From assembly GCA_963752505.1 (NCBI GenBank), contig CAVVYM010000004.1:177278-241277 (forward strand): DNA of 64,000 nucleotides. Reading direction: 5' to 3'. Within the stretch, counting starts at the first letter, position 1. Each line of letters begins with the position of its first letter. Source of the DNA: an uncultured Actinomycetes bacterium (GTDB lineage: Bacteria; Actinomycetota; Actinomycetes; S36-B12; UBA10799). The notes under the pieces were generated by a model that saw only the letters and a list, made by a program, of their open reading frames with translations, ran no database searches and was not told the DNA's origin. The translations under genes were made by a program, and so were the position numbers. Positions 1-9,876 of the stretch are shown piece by piece.

Positions 1-295
1 CAACCGCGACGGCACCATGTCGCTGTTCTGCGTGACGCTGGACCACGCCTCGCCGCCGGAGTGGCGCGAAGGCGACTTCTCACAGATCGGCCTCGCGTCA
101 TTGAGCCGCGAGTTGGCGTCCAACGACTTCACGGCCGATCCGTTGATGCGGCGCGGCTCGCCGCTTGACCGCAATGTGGAGCTACTGCTGCCGTCGCCGT
201 TCGATCTGTCGTCGATTTCCGACGCCGATCTTGAGCGGGCCTACGCCGAGCGCACTGCCCGAAGAATGGCCACCAATGCGGGAGGCGGTGCCTGA
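1..295 (+). CDS. metallophosphoesterase paralog, C-terminal fragment (5' end outside window)
   Basis: The ORF runs in from the window edge. Its tail LDHASPPEWREGDFSQIGLASLSRELASNDFTADPLMRRGSPLDRNVELLLPSPFDLS aligns colinearly (about 70% identity by eye) with the C-terminus of the complete 602-aa protein at 22922-24730(-). Confidence 0.6.
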   Translation, partial: NRDGTMSLFCVTLDHASPPEWREGDFSQIGLASLSRELASNDFTADPLMRRGSPLDRNVELLLPSPFDLSSISDADLERAYAERTARRMATNAGGGA

Positions 296-708
296 TGAGA
301 CGGTTTGCCACATTCGTCGCCGCTGCGTCGGTAGCTGCGGTCGCCGTGACCGGGTGCTCGCAAGTCGCCCAGTTGCGCCCGGTCGCTGGTGACGCCCTGA
401 TCAGCCTGCGGACGGTGACCATCGACACGGTGCTGGAATCCGGCGCGGACTTCAAGACCGCACCGGTGTGCACCGCCGATGGCGAGGATCTCTCGTGCGA
501 GGGCCTCACCACCGACGGCACCGCGGTGCTCAGCAAGGGGCAGAAGCAGGCCACGACAGACATCCCCAGCGAGTTTGCGAATCAAATCCCCGGGTGGGCA
601 ACCGCAACCGACACCTTTGTAGTCGCCGAGGTGACGGTCGGTTCGGACGTGATCTACAAAGGACTCGCGATTGAGGTCCTCGACGAGAATGGGAGGACCC
701 AACAGTGA
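295..708 (+). CDS. putative lipoprotein
   Basis: The ATG overlaps the upstream stop (TGATG). The N-terminus MRRFATFVAAASVAAVAVTGCSQ is a signal peptide with a lipobox Cys. No family recognised. Confidence 0.6.
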   Translation: MRRFATFVAAASVAAVAVTGCSQVAQLRPVAGDALISLRTVTIDTVLESGADFKTAPVCTADGEDLSCEGLTTDGTAVLSKGQKQATTDIPSEFANQIPGWATATDTFVVAEVTVGSDVIYKGLAIEVLDENGRTQQ

Positions 709-1409
709 GCGACGTGAAGACTGACGTGGACGCCCCGCAACCAGCCCGTAGCGCGAAGCCCAAGGAGTTCGGCTTCTCTGCGCTGGTGACAGGCTTCGCA
801 CGTATGTGGCGCGGATTCCTCCCCGCGATTGTGATGATCCTGGTCAATGCCGTGATCCAGGCGCTGCTCACCTTCTGGAATCCACAGGTGGGTCTGAGCG
901 TCTCCTACGTTGTGGCCTTCGTCATCTCGGCTGCGGTGCTGATCGTGTGGCTTGCCGTACTGTCCCGCACGGCGCTCGGTGCCGTGACGGGTAAGGTCTC
1001 GGTTTCGCAGTCCTTCTCCAGCACGATTCCGGTGTTGGGCCGGTTCGCGATCTGGGTCGCGGTGCAGTGGCTGCTCATCCTCGTCGCTTTCCTCATCTTC
1101 CCTGGACTCGGCATGCTCGTCGGCATCGTCACGGCCTTCGTGCCGCTCGCGGCCGCTGACGGAAGGGGCAACCCCTTCGGTGCCAACTTCTCGGCCATCA
1201 AGGATCGCTGGGGTCGATGGCTGATCACGAGCATCATCTTCGTGATCCTCGCAGCGATCATGCTGCTGCTCAGCGCAGTCAACGTCTTCTTCATCCACGG
1301 GACGGCCGCCTCGTTCATCTTCTGGCTGGTCGGCGGCGTGCTCGGCTACTGGCTCCTGACCGCCTACGCGGCGATCTACCGCAGCACACGCGTCGGCGCA
1401 GCGGGCTAG
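705..1409 (+). CDS. integral membrane protein, unknown function
   Basis: GTG start overlaps the stop of the lipoprotein gene. The 234-aa product has several long hydrophobic helices. No family recognised. Confidence 0.55.
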   Translation: MSDVKTDVDAPQPARSAKPKEFGFSALVTGFARMWRGFLPAIVMILVNAVIQALLTFWNPQVGLSVSYVVAFVISAAVLIVWLAVLSRTALGAVTGKVSVSQSFSSTIPVLGRFAIWVAVQWLLILVAFLIFPGLGMLVGIVTAFVPLAAADGRGNPFGANFSAIKDRWGRWLITSIIFVILAAIMLLLSAVNVFFIHGTAASFIFWLVGGVLGYWLLTAYAAIYRSTRVGAAG

Positions 1410-1417
1410 ATTCCCCC

Positions 1418-1463
1418 GATCCCCGTCGCTGCGCGGCATCAAGGCCGCGCAGCGATGGGGATC
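1418..1463. terminator. long hairpin between convergent genes (putative bidirectional terminator)
   Basis: GATCCCCGTCGCTGCGCGGC (1418-1437) pairs with GCCGCGCAGCGATGGGGATC (1444-1463), with 1 mismatch and a 6-nt loop. It is followed by three tandem GTTTGGGC units (about 1470-1493). Confidence 0.5.
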
Positions 1464-1494
1464 ATTCCCGTTTGGGCGTTTGGGCGTTTGGGCG

Positions 1495-2346
1495 TTAGCG
1501 CGGAAGCCGGGTGAGGGAGACCTCCACACCCAGCGATTCAGAGTGCCCGCCGGCGTAGATGCCCTTGAGCGGGCTGACGTCGGCGTAGTCGCGGCCGCGC
1601 GCCACAATGATGTGCCCCTCGCCCACCAATCGACCGTTGGTCGGGTCCAGGCCGTGCCAGTCGCCGTCCCACACCTCCACCCAGGCGTGGGATTCGCCGG
1701 TGACCCGTTCACCGATGTCGCCGCTGCCGGTGTAGAGGTAGCCGGAGACGTAGCGGGCCGGAATGCCCAACGGCCGCAGCAACGACAGTGTCACGTGGGT
1801 GAAGTCCTGGCACACCCCCACGCCATTGGCCCAGGCCTCGGAGGCCTTGGTGAACACATTGGTGGAGCCCGGCGTGTAGTGCATGTGGTTCTCGACCGCC
1901 GTGACGGCGGCCTGAATCGCTTCGGCAGGCCTCGCACACGCGGCCAGTGCTGCGAGCAGATCCGCGCGGCTCGGATCGCCTCGGGCATCGTCGACGTAGT
2001 GGCTCGGCCGCAGGAACTCGCACCAGGTGTCGGTGACAGGTTCGGTGCGCAATTCATCCCATCCCAGGCCCACCCCCAGCGGCGTGGTCTGGGTGGTCTC
2101 CACCACCGAGCTTGAGGTGACGTCGAGCACGGTGTGTGGTTCGTGCAGGTCGAAGGCCTCCACAGTGGTGCCCCAGTAGTCGGTGTAGGCCTGCACTCGG
2201 GCCGAGGGCGTCACCCGAAGCTCGTGCGCGATCAGCAGTTGACCCTCGCCGTCCGCGGGAGTCATGCGCGCCTCGTTGAACGAGGCCGACACCGGCTCGG
2301 TGTACCTCAGTCCCGTGTGGTGTGAGACCTTCAGCCGCCAACTCAT
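1495..2346 (-). CDS. transglutaminase family protein (Bact_transglu_N + transglutaminase core)
   Basis: Begins MSWRLKVSHHTGLRYTEPV, a typical N-terminus for this family. Catalytic Cys-His-Asp context is present (GVCQDFTH, SHAWVEVW, DPTN). The ATG overlaps the upstream stop by 1 nt. Confidence 0.8.
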   Translation of the reverse strand: MSWRLKVSHHTGLRYTEPVSASFNEARMTPADGEGQLLIAHELRVTPSARVQAYTDYWGTTVEAFDLHEPHTVLDVTSSSVVETTQTTPLGVGLGWDELRTEPVTDTWCEFLRPSHYVDDARGDPSRADLLAALAACARPAEAIQAAVTAVENHMHYTPGSTNVFTKASEAWANGVGVCQDFTHVTLSLLRPLGIPARYVSGYLYTGSGDIGERVTGESHAWVEVWDGDWHGLDPTNGRLVGEGHIIVARGRDYADVSPLKGIYAGGHSESLGVEVSLTRLPR

Positions 2347-3269
2347 CAGTGACTCCACACCGTCGTCCCCACTTGCCGGAAAAAGGCCTCCGACACCTCC
2401 AGTCCAGCCTGCGTCGAACTGACCAGGCCGCTCTCCGCCATGGCATCCACGGTGGCCGGGTCCGGCGACGAGGACGAGAATTCGAGCGCGCTACGCAGCA
2501 GCCCCACGGTGCGCAGCAGCCGGCCAGTGGCGTCCTCGGATCCCTGCTGTTCCAGCGCCCGTACGGTGTCCTCGGCGATGCGCGAGGAGCCCAGCATCGA
2601 GCGGGGGAAGAGCGGATCCAACACCAGGAAGCCGCGCACCTGTTCGCCGCTCATGGGGTTGCGCCCGCGCAGGAACGCGTGCAGGCCGCCGGTGGCCCGC
2701 AGCATGGCCACCGGGCCCGATTCGGGCCACATTTGCTCGTGGTGCACGGCGAGCAACCGAGCAGTCATGTCGATGCGCTCGAGGGTGCGTCCCAGCCGCA
2801 GGAACAGGTAGCCCTCGTCACGCGGGGAGGTCCAGTCGATGACGCCGTGGACCACCGCGAGGCGTTCGAGCACGCCGTAGAGCAGAACTCCCGGGCTGCG
2901 GATGTCCGGTTTGCTGACGGCCAGCGACAGGCGCATGTCGACGCTGTTGAGGGCCTCGAACACGTCGGCCGACAGCGCGTCTCGGATGGCGCGGGCATTC
3001 TCGCGTGCGGCATGCACCGCGCCGCTGACCGAACTTGTGTCCTCGGGGTCACCGAGTACCTGGCGCACCAGGCCCGAGGGCGTGTTGTCGTCGTCCGCAC
3101 CGCCGGGCAGCAAGAGGGCGTCCAGCAGCACCTGTGCGCCCCGTTCCGGGGTGACGCGCTTGTCTTCGACGATCAGTTGGTGGTGCTCGGCCAACAAGCG
3201 CGCACTGGCCTCGGCGCGCTCCACATAGCGGCCGATCCAATAGAAACTCTCAGCAAGGCGGCTCAGCAT
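2346..3269 (-). CDS. alpha-E domain-containing protein
   Basis: Internal start [26 protein letters not shown] is the hallmark N-terminus of the alpha-E family. It overlaps the end of the ATP-grasp gene (3263-3269). Confidence 0.8.
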   Translation of the reverse strand: MLSRLAESFYWIGRYVERAEASARLLAEHHQLIVEDKRVTPERGAQVLLDALLLPGGADDDNTPSGLVRQVLGDPEDTSSVSGAVHAARENARAIRDALSADVFEALNSVDMRLSLAVSKPDIRSPGVLLYGVLERLAVVHGVIDWTSPRDEGYLFLRLGRTLERIDMTARLLAVHHEQMWPESGPVAMLRATGGLHAFLRGRNPMSGEQVRGFLVLDPLFPRSMLGSSRIAEDTVRALEQQGSEDATGRLLRTVGLLRSALEFSSSSPDPATVDAMAESGLVSSTQAGLEVSEAFFRQVGTTVWSH

Positions 3270-4912
3270 GGGGCGTTGCCTCCTTGCGTGCTGGTTTGCT
3301 GCTGTTGTTCGGACTGTTGGCGCATGCGCTCTTCGGAGATGCGCGGCCCCGTCTCGCGCCAGCCAGGTTGCCGTCGATAGCGCCGGTCGATGCCGATGAA
3401 CCCCTCGGCGGTGCCGTCCGCCACGGCCGGCCCGGGTTCGGCCGAGATGCCGCCCTGGCCATCGTCGAGCACCCAGGTGTCCTTGGATCCGCCGCCCTGG
3501 GACGAGTTGACCACCAGGCTGCCCTTGCGCAAGGCCACGCGGGTGAGGCCGCCCGGTAGCACCCATACCCGCTCACCGTCGTTCACCGCGAAGGGCCGCA
3601 GGTCGACGTGTCGGGGCTCGATGGATCCTTCGCCGACGGCGCTGGGCGACGTGGAGAGCGTGAGTACCGGCTGGGCAACCCAGGCCCGCGGGTCTTTCTT
3701 GATCGACACCGCGACCTCGGCAAGTTCCTCGTCACTGGCCTGGTGGCCCATGACGAGGCCGTAGCCGCCCGAACCGTCCACCGGTTTGAGCACCATCGAA
3801 TCCAGTCGCTGCAGCACATAGTCGCGCACCTCGCGATCCTGCAGGTCGTAGGTGGGGACGTTGGGCAGAATCGGCTTCTCTCCCAGGTAGTACTCGATGA
3901 TCTTGGGCACGTAGGGATACAACGCCTTGTCGTCGGCCACGCCGTTGCCGATGGCGTTGGCGATGCTGACCGTGCCAGCCCTAGCAGCGTTGAGGATGCC
4001 GGGCACTCCAAGCAGGGAATCGGGCAGGAAGTGCACCGGATCGAGGTAGTCGTCGTCGATGCGCCGATAGATGACGTGCACTTGGCGCGGCCCCTTGGTG
4101 GTCCGCATGAAGACGCTGCCCTCCCGACAGAACAGGTCGCGCCCTTCGACGAGTTCGGTGCCCATGCGGCGGGCGAGGAAGGCGTGCTCGAAGTGCGCCG
4201 AGTTGTGCACGCCGGGGGTGAGCACCACCACGGTGGGATCTGGCACGCCGCGCGGCCCGGAGCTGACCAGCGACGCGAACAGCCGCTCCGGGTACTCCGA
4301 GATCGCACGCACCCTCTGGGTGGGGAATAGCTCGGGTACCACGTGGGCCAGGGTGCGCCGGTTCTCCAGCACGTAGGACACCCCGGAGGGGTTGCGGAGA
4401 TTGTCCTCCAGCACCCGGATCGTGCCCTCTTGGTCGCGGACGAGGTCGACGCCGGCGACGTGGATCCGCACTCCGTTGGGGGGTGAGAAGCCGTGCGCCG
4501 CGCGGTGGAAGTGCGCCGACGAGGTGACCAGCGCCCGCGGCACGATGTGCTCGGACAGGATTTGGCCGACGCCGTAGACGTCGTCGAGGAACATCTCGAG
4601 TGCCCGGATGCGTTGACTGACACCGGCGTCGATGGTGCGCCACTCGTCAGCCGCGATGACGCGCGGGATGAGATCCATCGGCAATGGACGCTCGCGACCA
4701 CTGAGCGTGAACGTGATTCCTTGGGCAGTCAGGTGGCTGTCGCGCACCCGCCCACGCTCGCGCAGACCCTCTGACCCCAGCGTCCGAAGCGCCGACTCGA
4801 GATACTCCAGACCAGGGCGGGGCACCCCCGTGGCGTCGAACATCTCGTCGTACGCGCCAGGCGTCGTCTCATAGCCGGCATAGCCGGCCGCGAGGTCGTT
4901 GTCAGTGGTCAT
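3263..4912 (-). CDS. circularly permuted type-2 ATP-grasp protein
   Basis: 549 aa starting [26 protein letters not shown]....GVPRPG. Length, N-terminus and its position upstream of alpha-E and transglutaminase match the CP-ATP-grasp family. Confidence 0.8.
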   Translation of the reverse strand: MTTDNDLAAGYAGYETTPGAYDEMFDATGVPRPGLEYLESALRTLGSEGLRERGRVRDSHLTAQGITFTLSGRERPLPMDLIPRVIAADEWRTIDAGVSQRIRALEMFLDDVYGVGQILSEHIVPRALVTSSAHFHRAAHGFSPPNGVRIHVAGVDLVRDQEGTIRVLEDNLRNPSGVSYVLENRRTLAHVVPELFPTQRVRAISEYPERLFASLVSSGPRGVPDPTVVVLTPGVHNSAHFEHAFLARRMGTELVEGRDLFCREGSVFMRTTKGPRQVHVIYRRIDDDYLDPVHFLPDSLLGVPGILNAARAGTVSIANAIGNGVADDKALYPYVPKIIEYYLGEKPILPNVPTYDLQDREVRDYVLQRLDSMVLKPVDGSGGYGLVMGHQASDEELAEVAVSIKKDPRAWVAQPVLTLSTSPSAVGEGSIEPRHVDLRPFAVNDGERVWVLPGGLTRVALRKGSLVVNSSQGGGSKDTWVLDDGQGGISAEPGPAVADGTAEGFIGIDRRYRRQPGWRETGPRISEERMRQQSEQQQQTSTQGGNAPC

Positions 4913-5132
4913 GTGGTGTCTCCCAACCCAGACAGATTAGCGCTGCTCGGCCCGAGTGGAAGGGTGGCGGGAAATCGGAAACACAACTGTCACATGGTCG
5001 CCGTCAGGAGGGATCAGTCATGCGCGGCGGGCGACTGCGGATTGGTGGACATTGGCACCGCGCGCTGCTGGGGCGCTAACCTGCTCGTTGAGGTCGAGAG
5101 CGACAACGAGACGCAAACGAGAGGTGCACCCG

Positions 5133-6536
5133 GTGAGCGATGTGTCGGAACTTGCCGTGGATCTGCCGCCGGGTCCGCGCGCGAGGTACCAGCGCCAGGT
5201 CAACGCTCTGCTGACGAGCTACCGTGCGATTCCCGCCGACGCTGCCGTGCGATTGGCCAAGAAGACGTCGAATCTCTTCCGCATCCGTGCCGAGACAGAT
5301 GCCCCGGGTCTGGCCGTCGACGGCTTCGACGGAGTGTTGCACGTGGATTCGGTGGCGCGCACCGCCGACGTCCTGGGCATGACCACCTACGAGCATCTCG
5401 TGGACGCGACGCTGCCGTATGGCCTCATGCCGCCGGTGGTGCCGCAACTGAAGACCATCACGCTGGGCGGAGCCGTGACGGGGCTGGGGATCGAGTCGAG
5501 TTCGTTCCGGGCTGGATTACCGCACGAGTCCGTGCTCGAGATGGACATCCTGACCGGATCCGGGGAGGTGATCACCGCGACACCCGACAACGAACACGCC
5601 GACCTCTTCTTCGGTTTCCCCAACTCCTACGGCACCCTGGGTTACGCCATTCGGTTGAAGATCGAACTCGCGCCGGTGGCACCCTACGTTGAACTCGAGC
5701 ACGTGAAGTTCACCAGCGCGGTGGAACTCGCCGCTGCCATCGACGAGGCCGCGCGCAGCGGTGAGCACGGCGGTCGAGCGGTCGACTTCATCGACGGCAC
5801 AGTGTTCTCCGATGATGAGTTGTATCTCACGCTCGGGCGTTGGGTCGAGCACGCGCCGTTCCTCAGCGACTACACGGGCAACAGCATCTACTACAAATCC
5901 ATCAACACCAGGCGGGTCGACTACCTCACGGTGCTCGACTACATCTGGCGCTGGGACACGGACTGGTTCTGGTGCTCGGGCGGCGTCGGGGCGCAGAACC
6001 GTTTCGTGCGCCCGCTGATACCGCGGCGCTACCTGCGCTCCGACGTCTACTTCAAGATCGTCAGTTTCAGCCGTCGCAAGGGCCTGGTGGAGGCCTGGGA
6101 TCGGCTGCGCGGCAAGCCCCGGCGCGAATACGTGATCCAAGACATCGAGGTGCCGGTCGATCGCCTGGCCGAGTTCCTCGACTTCTTCCACCGTGAAGTG
6201 GGCATCCGACCGGTGTGGCTGTGTCCACTCAAACAGCGCGATCAGCTGCGACGCTGGGACCTCTACGTGATGTCCGCCGACACGGTCTACGTCAACGTCG
6301 GTTTCTGGGCGAGCGTGGAGATGGCGCCGGGCGCGCGAGACGGTGACGTCAACCGAGCAATCGAAATCGAAGTCGAGCGACTCGGGGGCCGCAAGTCGCT
6401 CTACTCGTCCAGCTTCTATCCCGAAGATGAGTTCTGGGGTATATACAACGGTGAAACGTACGCAGGCCTGAAGAAGCAATACGATCCGGATTCGCGACTA
6501 TTGGACCTCTACGCCAAGTGCGTCGCTGGGAGGTAG
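5133..6536 (+). CDS. FAD-binding oxidoreductase (BfaA-like, VAO/DWARF1-type)
   Basis: GTG at 5133 is preceded by GAGG 9 nt upstream. An FAD-binding PCMH-type region is present (ITLGGAVTGLGIESSSF). It lies directly upstream of, and slightly overlaps, a Cfa-family methyltransferase, as in the bfaA-bfaB pair. Confidence 0.7.
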   Translation: MSDVSELAVDLPPGPRARYQRQVNALLTSYRAIPADAAVRLAKKTSNLFRIRAETDAPGLAVDGFDGVLHVDSVARTADVLGMTTYEHLVDATLPYGLMPPVVPQLKTITLGGAVTGLGIESSSFRAGLPHESVLEMDILTGSGEVITATPDNEHADLFFGFPNSYGTLGYAIRLKIELAPVAPYVELEHVKFTSAVELAAAIDEAARSGEHGGRAVDFIDGTVFSDDELYLTLGRWVEHAPFLSDYTGNSIYYKSINTRRVDYLTVLDYIWRWDTDWFWCSGGVGAQNRFVRPLIPRRYLRSDVYFKIVSFSRRKGLVEAWDRLRGKPRREYVIQDIEVPVDRLAEFLDFFHREVGIRPVWLCPLKQRDQLRRWDLYVMSADTVYVNVGFWASVEMAPGARDGDVNRAIEIEVERLGGRKSLYSSSFYPEDEFWGIYNGETYAGLKKQYDPDSRLLDLYAKCVAGR

Positions 6537-6541
6537 TAACT

Positions 6542-7774
6542 ATGAAAATCGCTGAAGCTCTCGCTCTCCTACTCGGCCCCAACAGCAGAGTTGCCGTGCG
6601 GGCATACGACGGCAGTGAGGCCGGCCCGACCGATCCAACCGCCACCATGGTGCTGCGCACACCGGCGGCGCTGCAGTACCTGGTGACGGCGCCCAGCGAC
6701 CTCGGATTGGCCCGGGCCTACGTCACAGGGGCCATCGATGTCGAAGGCGACCTGCACGCGGTGGTTACCGAGTTGGCCAAGGTGAACGTCAAGCTCTTGA
6801 GCCCGGCCGATGCGCTGGCGATTGCGCGCTCCGTTGGGCTGAAGAACGTCCGCCGACCACCGATTCCGCCGCAAGAAGTGAAGATGACCGGCCTGCGCCG
6901 CCACACCAAGCGGCGTGACGCAGAGGCTATCTCGCACCACTACGACGTTTCCAACGACTTCTACTTCCAACTCCTTGGACCGTCCATGGCCTACACCTGC
7001 GCGGTGTTTCCCACCAAGGACACCGATCTGACGCAGGCTCAGGACTACAAATTCGATCTGGTGTGCCGGAAGTTGGGGCTCGAACCCGGTATGCGCCTGC
7101 TCGATGTGGGATGCGGGTGGGGCGGAATGGCCGTGCATGCCGCGCGCGAGTACGGCGTCAACGTCATCGGCGTCACGCTGTCTCGGCAGCAGGCCGAGTA
7201 CGGCGCCAAACTCGTGGCGGAGTTGGGCCTCGGCGATCTGGCGGAGATTCGCTACGGCGACTACCGAGATGTTGTCGAAACCGGCTTCGACCGGGTGTCG
7301 TCAATTGGGCTCACCGAGCACATCGGCTACAAGAACTACCCTGCCTACTTCACCTTCCTGCTCGGTAAGCTCAAGCCGGAAGGCCGACTCCTGAACCACA
7401 CCATCACGCGCAACGATGGGCTGCAGAGCGCCAAGGCGGGTGGTTTCATCAACCGATATATCTTCCCGGATGGCGAGTTGGCAGGCCCGGCGCAGGTGAT
7501 GGGCGCCATGAACGACGCCGGGTTCGAGATCCAGCACGAGGAGAACATCCGACTGCACTACGCCGAGACGCTGCGGCACTGGACCGAGAACCTCATGGGC
7601 GACTGGGACGCGGCGGTGGCCGAGGTGGGACTGCAGAAGGCCCGCACATGGCGGCTGTACCTGACTGTGTCGCGGGTGGGGTTCGAACTCAACCGCATTC
7701 AACTCCACCAGTTCCTCGGCACCAAGACCACCGCGGTGGGTGTCTCCGGCTACCCCTGGCGGCACGATTTCTAG
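6542..7774 (+). CDS. cyclopropane-fatty-acyl-phospholipid synthase family SAM-dependent methyltransferase (BfaB/UfaA1-like)
   Basis: ATG at 6542 follows GGGAGG. The SAM motif LLDVGCGWGGMA and the family motifs HYDVSNDFY and YIFPDGEL are present. Confidence 0.85.
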   Translation: MKIAEALALLLGPNSRVAVRAYDGSEAGPTDPTATMVLRTPAALQYLVTAPSDLGLARAYVTGAIDVEGDLHAVVTELAKVNVKLLSPADALAIARSVGLKNVRRPPIPPQEVKMTGLRRHTKRRDAEAISHHYDVSNDFYFQLLGPSMAYTCAVFPTKDTDLTQAQDYKFDLVCRKLGLEPGMRLLDVGCGWGGMAVHAAREYGVNVIGVTLSRQQAEYGAKLVAELGLGDLAEIRYGDYRDVVETGFDRVSSIGLTEHIGYKNYPAYFTFLLGKLKPEGRLLNHTITRNDGLQSAKAGGFINRYIFPDGELAGPAQVMGAMNDAGFEIQHEENIRLHYAETLRHWTENLMGDWDAAVAEVGLQKARTWRLYLTVSRVGFELNRIQLHQFLGTKTTAVGVSGYPWRHDF

Positions 7775-7786
7775 GCTGCGATCGGT

Positions 7787-8188
7787 CTAGCCCGGTACGA
7801 AGCTGAACACCACCCGACGGTTCGGGTTGTCGACGTTGGGGTCGATCAGGCACACGCTCTGCCAGACGCCCAACAACATGCGGCCCTGCACGACGGGCAG
7901 CGTGACCGAGGGCGCGATCAGGGCCGGCAGCACGTGGTCACGACCGTGGCCGAGCGATCCGTGCCGATGGTTGTAGATGTCGGCGGTAGGCAAAATGCGT
8001 TCCAGGGTCGCTGCCAGATCCGGCTCTGTGCCCGCGCCCGTCTCGATGATGGCGACGCCCGCAGTGGCGTGGGGCACGAAAACATTCAGCAGGCCGGTTG
8101 CGCCGGTTTCAAGCCAGGCCTCGATCCGGCCGGTGAGGTCCGACACGAGCGTCGCGCCGGTCGCTATTCGGAACTCCTCTGTCCGCAC
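7787..8188 (-). CDS. YjbQ/UPF0047 family protein (secondary thiamine-phosphate synthase-like)
   Basis: 133 aa with VFVPHATAGVAIIE...HRHGSLGHGRDHVLPAL...GVWQSVCLIDP, typical of YjbQ. Confidence 0.8.
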   Translation of the reverse strand: MRTEEFRIATGATLVSDLTGRIEAWLETGATGLLNVFVPHATAGVAIIETGAGTEPDLAATLERILPTADIYNHRHGSLGHGRDHVLPALIAPSVTLPVVQGRMLLGVWQSVCLIDPNVDNPNRRVVFSFVPG

Positions 8189-8204
8189 GGCTACCGCCGA
8201 CGGA

Positions 8205-8804
8205 TCACGGTTCGGCGTGGGCCGCGGCGGGTGCGGTGCCGAAATAGGCCGCAGCGTCGAGGTACTTCTTGACCGCGCCAGCCTGCTTCGCGTGGGCCAG
8301 CGGCCCGGCCGCGGCCAGCAGGCGTGACGCCGGTCGGGAGACCGCCCGCACAGTCATGACCACCGAATCGTCGGGCCGGTGGCTCAAGAGGAATGATTCC
8401 TCGCCCTGCTGCGGGTGCCTGGGCAGCGTCCCGTAGGCGAAGCCGGTTCGATCGCCCTCGGCGACGACTTCGACTGTCTCACAAATCGCAGTGATGCCGA
8501 GCAAGCCCAGGAATGGCATCACGAGTCCGACCCGCTCACCCACGCGCACACTGGAATGCTGCGCCGACACCTGAAAGCCGGCCTTGCGGTGGATTTCCCA
8601 ATGCATGAGTGCGTAGCCGATCTTTCGGTAGGCGTCCTCACCCTGTCCCACCACACGCTCGGTCTCGGTGTCTCGGTAACCCTCGGGGACATCCCGCCAG
8701 CCCAAGCTGATTCCGACCGGGGCGTAGGTGAGTTCGGAGTGTTTGCTGCGCTCTACGAGGGCGCGGGCGGCCGTACCGTCGACTTTGCGGCGCGTAATGA
8801 GCAC
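8205..8804 (-). CDS. DUF1990 family protein
   Basis: 199 aa. The ELTYAPVG...GEDAYRKIGYALMHWEIHRKAGF pattern matches my recollection of DUF1990 proteins. Confidence 0.6.
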   Translation of the reverse strand: MLITRRKVDGTAARALVERSKHSELTYAPVGISLGWRDVPEGYRDTETERVVGQGEDAYRKIGYALMHWEIHRKAGFQVSAQHSSVRVGERVGLVMPFLGLLGITAICETVEVVAEGDRTGFAYGTLPRHPQQGEESFLLSHRPDDSVVMTVRAVSRPASRLLAAAGPLAHAKQAGAVKKYLDAAAYFGTAPAAAHAEP

Positions 8805-8867
8805 GGTGTCTCCTCAATGGTGGGCCGGTGCTGGGTCGAATCTACCGCGTCACGCCAGCGGTGCGCG

Positions 8868-9770
8868 CTACTCCTTGTCGTATCGCTCGCGATCCGCGAG
8901 GAAACGTTCCACCTGGTCGACGAACTCCTTCGGATCGAGTTCAGTGATCTCATCGGTCTCGCCCGCTTGCTCGAAGCGCGCCATGAAGTCGTCGTACTGC
9001 TGCTCGAGCAGTTTGATCGCTTCAACATTCTCCGCTTCGGAGGAGACCTGCAAGCTGATGTCATCGTCGGCGGAGTTCGCTTGATCCCGCAGCGCCTCGA
9101 GGGGCAGTAGCAGCCCGGTCTGAGCGGAGATCGACTCCAGCAGGGCAACCGCCGCGCGCGGGTACTGCGACGCTGAGAGGTAGTGGGGCACGTGGGCGGC
9201 GAATCCCATTGCGGGCACGTCCTGGGAGCCCAACGACATCTCCAGGAAGCCAGCCATGTGGGCGGGGACTTCGAGATCGCCCACGAATGCCCGCCGGTCG
9301 GCGACAAGTTCGGGATCGTTGCTGTGCGCGGTCACGTTGACGGGCCTGGTGTGGGGTGCCGGCCACGGCACGGCATGCATGCCCAACGCGAGGGAGATGT
9401 CGAACTCCTTCGCCAGCCAGACGGCGTCGTTGGCGAAACGCTGCCACTTGAAGTCGGGCTCGGGGCCATGCAGCAGGAGAAAGGGTCGCCCGGCGGCGTC
9501 TTCGAGCCGATCAACGCGCAGTTCAGGCAGGTCGACTTCGCCGTAGTGATCTGTCAGGAAGGTCATGCGGGGGCGACGAGCACGGTAGTCGTACAGCACA
9601 TCGACGTCGAAGGTCGCGATGGTGGTGTGCTCTGTGACCTCGAGGAGGTGCTCCACCGCCAGCCTGCCGGCCGATCCTGCGTCGAGGAAGCCGCTGAGGC
9701 TGTGAAGCATGATCGGGTTGTCGGCGTCCGCTTTGCCGGTGAGCGTGACGAGCCCGTGTGGGCTATCCAT
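8868..9770 (-). CDS. PAC2 (proteasome assembly chaperone 2-like) family protein
   Basis: MDSPHGLVTL....PIMLHSLSGFLDAGSAGRLAVEHLL is a typical actinobacterial PAC2 N-terminus. An alternative start lies at 9785. Confidence 0.65.
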   Translation of the reverse strand: MDSPHGLVTLTGKADADNPIMLHSLSGFLDAGSAGRLAVEHLLEVTEHTTIATFDVDVLYDYRARRPRMTFLTDHYGEVDLPELRVDRLEDAAGRPFLLLHGPEPDFKWQRFANDAVWLAKEFDISLALGMHAVPWPAPHTRPVNVTAHSNDPELVADRRAFVGDLEVPAHMAGFLEMSLGSQDVPAMGFAAHVPHYLSASQYPRAAVALLESISAQTGLLLPLEALRDQANSADDDISLQVSSEAENVEAIKLLEQQYDDFMARFEQAGETDEITELDPKEFVDQVERFLADRERYDKE

Positions 9771-9876
9771 GAGGTCTCCTCGCACATCAAGGGGGTACTC
9801 CTACCGCCCTAGTGTGGCCGGTTGTCGGGCGATTGGCATCGTCTGTTCGCGCAACGGCGAATTGCGGCGCGACACA

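Noticed and set aside
654-1712. Long antisense or overlapping ORFs throughout the track. Examples: 654-1712(-), 2322-3380(+), 13936-14991(-), 15435-16334(-), 21868-23046(-), 34121-35743(-), 35692-36801(-), 39639-41159(+), 41541-42572(+), 55702-57033(-), 59680-60681(-), 62304-63281(-), 62992-63975(-).
   Set aside because: They are shadows of real genes in a high-GC genome, where stop codons are rare off-frame. Their translations are Arg/Pro/Gly/His-rich with no recognisable motifs, while the opposite or alternative frame encodes clearly conserved proteins.
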